NCBI GenBank assembly: GCA_963575745.1
Contig: CAUYUJ010000001.1
Location: forward strand, 1,550,001-1,614,000
Direction: 5' to 3'
DNA length: 64,000 nucleotides
Source of the DNA: Prorocentrum cordatum
Lineage: Eukaryota
Shown in pieces: positions 34,460 to 44,591 of the stretch. The position numbers and the translations under genes are program-made. The notes below the pieces were generated by a model that saw only the letters and a program-made list of their open reading frames with translations, was not told the DNA's origin and did not search any database. Position 1 is the first letter of the stretch. Every line of letters starts with the position of its first letter.

Positions 34460-35302
34460 ATGCTCGCCACGGGGCTCGCGTCACTCATGAGAGCGGCTGC
34501 CTCCGCGGTCACCAACTGGCAGAGCCTCCACGTATGGCTGGAGGAGCAGACGGTGGACCACGGCTCCCTCCTGGCTATCGGCCAGGCGCGTCGCGCGCCA
34601 GTCCACTGGAGGACGCAGCCAGCGGTTGCGGGCCTGGCTGCCGCCTCCGAGGGCTTCGTGAATGAGGGCAGGATCGCGCACCATGCCGCCCTGGCGTGGC
34701 GTGCTCTGGCCGAGGAGCGCGCCGCTGCCGAGCAGCGGGCAGCGCGCGTGCGGATCCAGAAAACGATTTCTCGTTCCCTGCACTCCTCCCTCTTTCCTGA
34801 CGTCCTTCCCGTGGTGCTGGCGCGGCGTCTGAAGTCATGGGGCCTCGAGGTTGTCCGCCACTCCTGGCCTCCTCTCCGTGCTATCCTTGAGCAGGTCAGC
34901 CCGGCCTGGCAGAGTGCTGTTCTGAAGACAATAGCAGGGGCTTGGCTAACATCGGCCAGGCTTCATACCGCTGGCGGAGTACAGTCATGTAAATTCGGCT
35001 GTCGTGAGCCCCCGTTGATTCCAGCCCCTGATGTCTTTGCCCATTATATGCGGTGCGATGCTTTATGGGGTCTGGCCTACGCTAGGGACCGTGGCCCCCC
35101 GAATTGTGCGCTGACTAGGATTGGGCTGGATGGTGCCCCGACTCTTGAAACTGTGGAGGCCATAATCATGGCGTTCCACATGTATAACACCGCACGTGTT
35201 TCCCTTCCGCCGTCGCCCCACCAAGAGGAGTGGACTGGCCATCTGTGCGAAATTCGACGGGCTGCTGTGGCGCTCGTGGAGTTGACTAGAGTGCCCGCGT
35301 AG
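34460..35302 (+). pseudogene. C-terminal remainder of LINE ORF2 after a single in-frame TGA
   Basis: Same frame as 30143..34459. Contains WLTSARLH..CKFGC..DVFAHYMRCDALW, a CCHC-type zinc-binding motif typical of ORF2 ends. Confidence 0.82.
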
Positions 35303-35350
35303 GCCTCGGAAGGACCCCTGTGGCGCCTCTCATGTACGAGCGATATATAT

Positions 35351-35393
<43 letters not shown>

Positions 35394-35410
35394 ATATATA
35401 TACACAAACA

Positions 35411-35620
35411 TACGTAGCACACCGCAGTTGCGGATAAGAGTGAGGGGGCTACGAGGACGTCGTCAATCGGGCGAGGCTCTGAAGAAGCCCGCCGCAGGCG
35501 CCGTTTTTTTAATTTTGAAATATAATTTATGCATTGTGTAAATATGATTATATATATATATTATGCATTGAACAATAATTTATGCATTCAAGTATATAAT
35601 TTACTAATTATACATGTGAG

Positions 35621-35666
<46 letters not shown>

Positions 35667-36675
35667 TAAAAAGACAATGTATGCGTTGAACCCGCCTCAG
35701 GCGCCGATTTTTTCGTTAAAGCAATGTGGGTGGATCGCGGGGTGGGTCGCTGGTGGGTCGCGGGCCGGGTCGCGGGTGGGTCGCGGGCCGGGTCGCGGGC
35801 TGGGTCGCGGGGGGTCGCGTATGGGTCGCGCATCGCGGGTGGGTCGCGGGGTGGGTCGCGGGTGGGTCGCGGGCTGGGTCGCGGGCTGGGTCGCGGGGTG
35901 GGTCGCGGGGTAGGTCGCGGGTGGGTCGCGGGGTGGGTCGAAGGGTGGGTCCGGGGTGTGTCGCGGGCGGGTCACGGGGTGGGTCGCGGGCGGGTCACGG
36001 GGTGGGTCGCGGGTGGGTCGCGGATGGGTCGCGGGCTGGGTCTCGGGGTGGATCGCGGGGTGGGTCGCGGGGTGGGTCGCGGGGTGGGTCGCAGGGGGGA
36101 CGACGACAACAACGACACCACCACCAACAGCAACAAACAAACAAACAATCAAACACATCAACAGACAAACAAACAACAACACCAGCAACAACAGCAACAA
36201 CGACAATAACAGCAACAACCACAACAGCAACAACAACAACAACAACAACAGTAACAATCACACTCACAATCAACAACAACAACAACAACACTAACAGCAA
36301 CACACAACAACAACACCACCACCACCAACAACAACTACACCAACACCAACACCAACGCCAACATCAACAACAACACTCATTTTAAGACTGTTTGCCCTTC
36401 TCTGATCGGGTGTCCAATAACGCGTATTTCCCAAACCCTCGATACCCGCCCTCTTCGTCTTCGATCGAACCCCTTTTGGGGGGTATACCTTTCTTCCCTG
36501 CAGGCCGGGTCCCGGCAAGCGGCGGGGCGGCCGCGGACCGTCGGCCTGGCCAGCAGCGGCGCTGATCGGCGGGGCGGCCGCGGACCGTCGACCCGACCCC
36601 AAGAGGGACGGGCAGGCGACCGACCACGACGACGACGACGTCGACGGCGGCGACGACGACGTCGACGACGACGGC

Positions 36676-36707
<32 letters not shown>

Positions 36708-38112
36708 GCGAAAGAGAGCGCGAGAGAGAACGACAGCAGGGCCGCAAGGACACGAAGTAGGCCACGAAGGGCGACAGCGGGGCCACGAAGGACATGCATA
36801 TGGGGCCACCACGGGCGCGAACGAGCGGGGGCCACGAAGGGCATACGTATACTGGGCCGCGGAAAGCAAGGACGGGGCCACTGAGGGCAGCAACGGGGCC
36901 ACGAAAGGCAGCGAGGGGGCCATGAAGGGCGACAGCGGGGCCACGAAGGGCATGCGCATGGGGCCACGACGGGCGCGAAAGATCGGGGGCCACGAAGGGC
37001 AGATCATGCGGGGCCACAGAAGGCACCGACGGGGCCATTGAAGGTAGCAGCTGGGCCACGTAGGAGAGTGAGGAGGCCACAAACGGCGACAGCGGGGCCA
37101 CGAATGGCATGCACATGGGACCACAACGGGCGCGAACGAACGGGGGCCACGAAGGGCATACGTATACTGGGCCGCGGAGGGCAAGGACGGGGCCACTGAG
37201 GGCAGCAACGGGGCCACGAAGGGCAGCGAGGGGGCCACGAAGGGCGACAGCGGGGCCACGAAGGACATGCATATGGGGCCACCACGGGCGCGAACGATCG
37301 GGGGCCACGAAGGGCATACATATATGGGGCCACGAAAAGCAGCGAGGGGGCCACGAAGGGCAGTGAGGGGGCCGCGAAGGGCTGCAACGGGGCCACGAAG
37401 GGCTGCGACGTGGCCACGAAGGGCAGCGAGGGGGCCACGAAGGGCTACAACGGGGCCGCGAAACAAAGCGATAGGGGGCCACGAAGGGCTGCAAGGGGGC
37501 CACGAAGGGCAGCGAGGAGGCCACGAGGGGCTGCAACGGGTCCGCGACCCGATTCTTCGGTAATCTGTGAGTGAGTCCTAATCGTGAGCGCGACTCCTGG
37601 GTGCCTGGGTGTCCGGAGCGCGGTGCTTGAATACATTGCAAGAGTGTCCAACGCGAGGACGCTATTCTTCAGTAGATTGCAAGCGAGTCTCCAGCGAGTG
37701 TGACTCCAGAGCGCCGGGAGAGAGATTCCTGAATAAATTGTAAGGAAGTCCCAAGCGAGAACGCGATTCCTGAATCAAACGCAAGGAAGTCTCGGGCGGG
37801 AGCGGGGGTCCTGGGTAAATCGTGAGGAAGTCTTGGGCGGGAGCCGTTGTTGTTGTAACCTGGGGGCCAACGACACAGTTTGACGCTCAAGACTTTCCCT
37901 GATAAAAAACAGGGTGCGAGCCCCAGGAAGGGCACTTCAGTAGAGAAAAAACAATGTGCACTAGACGGGGGGATCAACAATACTTATTCTTCTGGAGTGA
38001 GAGATCAAAAACAACAACAACAATGCAACAAACATAATCCTCACCACGGATCCCAACTAGCGCCACGCACCCAGGGACAACAATGACCGATCGCCCCCCT
38101 CACTCGGACAAT
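35411..38112 (+). mobile_element. Same element, copy 2, with AT-rich expansion and a ~1.6-kb insertion in its (CAA)n tract
   Basis: Same head and tail as 17685-18343. The extra segment ~36381-38008 contains the 21-bp satellite. Confidence 0.75.
36740..37540. repeat. 21-bp satellite (GGGGCCACGAAGGGCAGCGAG-type)
   Basis: Direct reading. Confidence 0.9.
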
Positions 38113-39549
38113 ATTTATTTATATTTATATGTATATTTGCATACGTGCACGTGTGTACACACGTATATACGCATACACCTAAACCCATACATATTTATGT
38201 ATATACCACAATATATAATATAGTGATACATATATATATACATAGATGTTTATACATAGTGTTGTATTTAATTGATAAGTTTGCGATGCTGTGCAGGCGC
38301 CGATAGTTTGGTCAAAGCAGCGCTGGTGGATCGCCAGTGGGTCGTGAGTGGTTCGCAGGGTGGGTCGTGGGGTGGGTCGCGGGGTGGTCGCCGGGGTGGG
38401 TGCGGAGCGGGCCGCGGGCGAGGACGATTACCACCATAATAATTCTAAGACTGTTCGCTCTTACTTGTTCGCGTGCTATTCACCACGTATATCCCAAATC
38501 CTCGATACCCTCCCTCTTCATCCCCGATCGTGCCCCATTGGGGGTATATCTTCTGTGCATGTTACGTGTAATTGGTGCAGCCCCTAAAACAGGGGAAGAC
38601 AAGACGGATGGAAGGGGAGGGACAAGGATGGAGCACGAGAGAGATTCGCAGGAGGGGAGCTAGGAGCACAAAACACTTTGCAGACCCACACGGGCTGATC
38701 GGGCGGGTAGACCCTAACGAGCGGTTCGGGACAGCGAGCCCAGGCGGCCAGGTCGAGCAGGCGGGTTGCTGAAGCGTGAGTCCTGCTTGAATCGCGGGGA
38801 GGTTTCGAGTGATCGCGCGATTCCCAAGTAAATCGTGAGAATAACCAGAGCGAGAGCGCGATTCCTGAGCGTCGAGGGCGCGGCGTCTGAGTAAATTGTA
38901 AGGAAGTCCCACGCGAAAGCGCGATTCCTGCATGAGCGCGATTTTGAAACAAATTGTAAGAAAATATTAGGCGGGAGCCGGTTTGGCGGAGCACACGAAG
39001 TGTGGGGAGTAACAACCAGTCGAAGGAGTCTTGATTTGTGCTGGGTCGGAGGGGGGGTCTTGTCCGCCTCCCCAGGGCCCCGCAGCGGCCCATGTCCAGG
39101 GGGGGCTCGAAGTGCCGCGACACCTGCTGCCCGCGTCTGCCCCTCGCCGGGGTCCGTGGCCAGTAGTGCCCAAGACGCGATTCGTTGGCAGCCACCCCCG
39201 TCAGCTGCTTCATCGATCCATCGCGTTCGGGCCGGAAGCGCGTGCGAGCCACGCGCGATGTACCTTCTCCCGGCAGCGAGGCCTCGGACTTCACGGAAGA
39301 CCGTTTTGCCGTGGCACGGGCGGGCCTGCTTGCGCCGGCATGGGCTGGGCTCGAGGCCGCCCTCGGCTCGGGGGTGACCTCCCGCATCCTGGTGTCCCTG
39401 CCGCTGGACGCTGTCGTGTCAAGCAGGCGGTGCAGAAGGCGGCGACCGTCGTCGGGGCCGAGGGGCAGGCACCGCGCCCCTCTCCTTGGCCGCACGCGGG
39501 GTCGCGTGTTTTTTGCACCGTGCCCTGCGCGTGCGCTTTGGGCTACCAG

Positions 39550-41065
39550 ACTCCGATCCTGGTGTCCAGCACCCTGGACCCGCTCGAAGAGGCCGAGGTC
39601 GAGCTGCCGAGCCGCGAGGTCGTCGACCGGCACTGCGCGATCCTGCAGAAGAGCCGCGGCGGAGAGGTGCGCGAGGCGTGCGAGTGCACGGACGACCAGA
39701 TCAGAGCCATGCGCACGCGCCTCTTGGTCAGCAACGTGGGCCCGCACGCCGAGTTCAGCATCTTGGCGCCATGCGGTCGGCGGCTGCAGCGGCAGTTGAT
39801 GACGTTGGACGTGGATCATGACGCCTGGCAGCAATGGGGGCGCAACTGGAGGTGCCAGGCTCCGACAGCTTCGCTGCGTGGTGGTGCTGCTGGAAGGTTT
39901 ACGAGATCCTCTCGCAGGGCTTCGAGCCAGAGGGCACGGAGGGCTCGCTAGCCGTGAACACGTTCGATCACGCGGCGCTGGAGGCGTACTACGATCACGT
40001 GAAGGCGCTGGCGATAGATTTCGACGGCCTTTGGGGGCTCATCTGCCGTGCCGAGGACCGCCGATGGTTAGAACACTTCCTCAGGCTTCGGCGCCAGTGC
40101 GAAAAGTTACGGAGGGAGGGTACATGCCCCGACTTTGACCGCATCGCCCCTGGGACTATGTGTTATTCGCCGACGTCGCGTACGAGACGTTCTGAAGCCA
40201 GCACTCAGGATCATCGCGCAGGGCCTCGTGAGTTTGGGCGCTGCCGAGCGCGCGGCGGATCGCCATTCTGGCGTCGTTCTCGCAGTGCCCAAGCCCCAAG
40301 CGCCCACGCGCGTTGGGCACAGCAGCCGCGGAGCGCGAGATCAAGCGGTTGAGGGGGCACGCCACCGCAGGCCAGGAGGTGGCAGTGCAGCTGGCCTCGG
40401 CAGCCGCTGGGCTGGGCGCCGCGGCGGCGGCGGTGGCAGTAGAGGTGGCGACGTCCCGCTCCCTCCAGTGGCCGTGATGGCGGCGGCAACATCAGGGGTG
40501 ACGGACGTCTGCCATCCTGCCATCCTCGCAAGCGTGGTGGGCGCCACGTCACGGCGCATGAAGGCACCAACATGTGCCCGGAATTCCAGCGTGGAAGAAG
40601 CGAGAGCGTGCCCCCGGGGCATGGCGCACCTGTGCCAGAAGTGCCTGCGGCCGCACCACACTGCGGAGTTCGGCGGCCCCCAGAAGAAAGGCAAGGGCAA
40701 AGGCGGGGGCCGCAAGTGAGGCGCCGAGGCGGCGCTGGCAGCAGATGCTCAGGCCGCGGACGCCGCCGGTGAGGCGGGCGCTGGCTTCGAGCCCCCCGCG
40801 GGCGGCGGCCGCCTTGGCGCGCCCGCACCGCGCATGTCGATTCAGACGGTGGATGCCGAGTCGGCGGCACGCGTCGTCGCGCCACCCGTGTCTTTGGTTG
40901 CGCCGCGCAACGCAGGCGACCCAGGGTTTCTGAAAATCTTCGCAGGCGCTGCAGTCGTGACGAGGGCGATGGTCTTGAACGCGCCCGTCGCCAGCGTTGT
41001 GCCAGCGGCGGGCATCACGGCTGGGGACCTCGCAGAGCCTGCGACTTCACTCTGCAGGATCTTGA
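39550..41065 (+). mobile_element. Degenerate DIRS-like retroelement fragment: Gag-like ORF with zinc knuckle, then a methyltransferase-motif-I-like start
   Basis: Frameshifted pieces: ECTDDQIRAM..PHAEFSILAPCGRRLQ / EVPGSDSFAAWWCCWKVYE..LEAYYDHV..WGLICRAEDR..EHFLRLRR..FD / CPRGMAHLCQKCLRPH + GKGKGGGRK*. Then FLKIFAGAAVVT at 40927. Assigned from memory of dinoflagellate elements. Confidence 0.5.
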
Positions 41066-41114
41066 GGTCGAAGGTGACCATCGACAGACACGGGAGATGT
41101 CGTCATCGTTTCGT

Positions 41115-41139
41115 CCTCCCCCTCCTCCTCCTCCTCCTC

Positions 41140-41171
<32 letters not shown>

Positions 41172-41990
41172 TCCTCCCCCTCCCCCCCCCTCCTCCTCCT
41201 CCTCCTCCTCCTCCTCCTCCTCCTCCTCCTCCTCCTCCTCCTCCTCCTCCTCCTCCTCCTCTCCTCCTCCTCCTCCTCAAGGTACGTTCACTCCTCCTCC
41301 TCCTCCTCCTCCTCCCCCCCTTCTCCTCCTCCTCCTCCTCCTCCTCCTCCTCCTCCTCCCTCCTCCTCCTCCTCCTCCTCCTCCTTCTCCCCCCCTTCTT
41401 CTCCTCCTCCTCCTCCTCCTCCTCCTCCTCTCCTCCTCCTCCTCCTCCTCCTCCTCCTCCTCCTCCTCCTCCTCCTCCTCCTCCTCCTCCCCTCCTCCTC
41501 CCCTCCCTTCCTCCCTCCTCCTCCTCCTCCTCCTCCTCCTCCTCCTCCTCCTCCTCCTCCTCCTCCTCCTCCTCCTCCTCTCCTCCTCCTCCTCCTCCTC
41601 CTCCTCCCTCCTCCTCCTCCTCCTCCTCCTCTCCTCCTCCTCCTCCTCCTCCTCCTCCTCCTCCTCCTCCTCCTCCTCCTCCTCCACACCCTCCCTCGAA
41701 CTTCCTCTTCCTCCGCCTCCTCCTCCTCCTCGGGGTCCGGAGGGCCAGTGGCCCGGAATCGGCCGCCAGTTGGCCGAGATCGGCCGTAGACGAGCAATGC
41801 GCGCTGTCGCAAGGGCACAAAGCCTGAAAGATTGAGCGATCCTCCTCCTCCTCCCTCCTCCTCCTCCTCCTCCTCCTCCTCCACACCCTCCTCCTCCTCC
41901 TCCTCCTCCTCCTCCTCCCTCCTCCTCCTCTCCTCCTCCTCCTCCTCCTCCTCCTCCTCCTCCTCCTCCTCCACACCCTCCCTCCCTCCG
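41115..41990. repeat. Large (CCT)n expansion
   Basis: Direct reading. Other (GGA/CCT)n tracts lie near 3540, 10220-10535, 25470-25660, 27340-27430, 29845-29940 and 53290-53420. Confidence 0.95.
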
Positions 41991-44519
41991 CAATGCGCGC
42001 TGTCGCAAGGGCACAAAGCCTGAAAGATTGAGCGATCCACGCGGTGTCGGAGACCAGCGCCAACGCCGTCGCGACACGACCCTGCTGGGCGGTCGCCGTG
42101 GAGAAAGTGGACTCCGAGGGCAGCGGGCCCGAGATCCCTTGGCTTTTCTGCAGAACCAGCAGCCCGGCCCGTTTTGACCGTCCTCGGGCCCGCGGAAGGC
42201 TCCGTGGGGCCGAACTCTTGGAACAATGTCCAGGATCCATGTGTTTCGACACCGGCTTGATGTCATTACGCTAGTGCGGAAATGTGGAGTAACGAGGGGG
42301 GGATAGGTCGCCAATTGCGCATCACCTCCGAAGGGGTGCCAATGACATGTGCGATGTATTTGCAGATGCATGGCATGACGAACTGAACTGAGCCCGTTTG
42401 TCAAGATGTTTCTTACTCTCTTGGCTATGTGCGCCTCCTTCAATCGATCGGGGCAACATCGTTTAATCAGTCGGGACACCCATCTCGACATCATCTTTCG
42501 ATCAATCGCGGCGCCATCCGGACAGCGTCGAAATCTGTCGCCACGCCATTGGGACACGACCGAAATATGAATACGCACGCCCATCGGGACACCCTGAGAG
42601 GCACCATCGTGACACCAGCGGTAAATCAACGGACAGTTCGCCCCCATGCCCCCCCCGCTAGGCCAACGCCAAGAGACAAACACACACACACACACATATA
42701 CAGTTACAGCGCCGCGGCAAAATTGGTGACGTGTCTGGGACCACGACTGTCCATGATGATGGTGATGATCGTGAGGGCGCCAGATGTCCTCGCGAATATC
42801 CCGACCCGTGCGCCTAGACTTGCAACACGAATATATTCAATCACCCGCTTGAAACTGACATGCAGGTGCAGGAGCTGCCTCACCCGAACCACCCCAATAT
42901 CCACATCCACCCGTCCTAGATTGCCACCTCAATATCGTCACTCACTCACTGGCCAGAATGTTACTCCCACCTACCTCCAGAATCCCGATGCCTTCACCCA
43001 CCCGCTCAACATTAGAACCCAAAGCCTTCACGCACCCGCCTGAAATTCACAGCCAAACATGTCCCCACTTCAAACAGTGCCACGCAAGATGCAAGATCCT
43101 CATCCACTCAGTTGAAACCGTCGCCAGCATATGTTAGCTCATCAGCCTAAACGTGTCACCTAATACAAGTGTCACTTTGAAGCTGCCGCTCCAATATCTC
43201 CACTCACCCTCATCACGTTGGCACTCGCGTATCCCCCGCACCCCTGCCTCAAGCTGAAACCCAACACAACGCCGACCTAAGACCACCACCCCAAGACCCC
43301 TCCCACCTGCGCCAGCGTGCCACTACGATTTCTGCTCTCAGCCGCCTGAACATGAAAGTTAACAAACCGACTAGCAAATCTGCCACCTCAAAGTCATGAC
43401 CCACCAGCCTAGAACGACAACCTAAAGTCATGATCACCCCAAAATTGCCACCGCCGTATCCTCACCCACCCGCCCAAAGCGTTCACTCACATCTTCTTAC
43501 ACAAGGGGACAACTTTCTAATGGCCCTAGCGAGTTCAGTCTGTCCGTCAGTATGGCAATCAGCTGTTCCTCCTAACGCTTGGAAGAGCAACGGACGATAC
43601 CTCATCTCGTCCCCCCTTCTCCCCTCCCCATCTCCCCCCTCCCTCTCCCTTCGGAGCAACCTCTGGGAAGCTAAGCATTCAGCATCGGCGCTGGTATATC
43701 GGCGACCAAGAACTAGCCCCTCCGGCTTATCCCGCTGAATCTGGTTTGATCACGCTTCATTCGGCGTAATCCCAGGCGTAGTCTATCCTAGTCTGGGCCC
43801 GTTATTCGGGAATAGCCCCGAATCGTTTTTGCGGACATTTCCGAACAGTTGTTTGCTGACCTACCGCCTCCCACCTCTCCCCCTCTCTTCCCCCCCTCTC
43901 CCATCGCGGGGGCTTTCTCAGCATCGATTGGGGAGACAGCGAGAGACATCCCTTCTCGCCACCCCATCTCCCCTCCCTACCTCCCCCACCTGTCCCGAGA
44001 TCCACCGACCACCGATTCACCGCCGGTCCACCGAGCACCTCCCAGCTTCCCCCCCTCCCCCCCCAGTGCCCCGAAGCCCACCGGTCGCCTCCGGAGGCTC
44101 CTGCTCGTGCGAGCGGCCCGTGCGCCCCACATCTTTTCTGCAGAAGTGCGCACGTGGCCGCCGCTCACCACGGATCCTGGGGCAGGGGGCTCCAGCATGG
44201 CTTTTTTTTTTACTATACTTAGCTCGTTGCAAGTTAGCTTGAGCGCAGCGGCCAACAGGACTGGCACAGGCTGCACACGAGAAGCCCGAGAGCATGGACG
44301 CTGAGCTGCTTCCGCTCTCGTCCCGAAAACTGTCAGGAGAGAGGTATTGGCGCTGAGGGAGGGGAGGAGAGGAATCATAACGAAGGAGGAGGAGATTGCA
44401 GCGCCGAGCATGGCAGAGAGGAGGGAAAACAACCCCCCCCCCTCTCCCCTCCCGAAAGCCAGCGATCACACTCAGAAAAGTACCCCCCCCCCGCCGCCCC
44501 TCCCGAGCGGGCGCCGCAG

Positions 44520-44591
44520 GCGGCGACGCGGCCACGGGGCAGCCAGCCGCCGCGGGCGGTGGCAGCGGCGGAGCGGGCCCGACGGCGGGAG
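44520..44591 (+). CDS. FAF2: Exon of FAF2-like gene (linker)
   Basis: Acceptor cgcAG|G. Translates as GGDAATGQPAAAGGGSGGAGPTAG. AG|GA donor. Phase 1-1 fits the 29228 and 52311 junctions. Confidence 0.55.

Larger units (their letters stand above)
30118..35342 (+). mobile_element. Near-full-length non-LTR retrotransposon (LINE; ORF1 + APE-RT-zinc finger), SL at 5' end, within (TA)n
   Basis: Two-ORF layout with APE and RT motifs. (TA)n-rich tracts lie on both sides (30045-30117 and 35343-35402). Confidence 0.93.
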
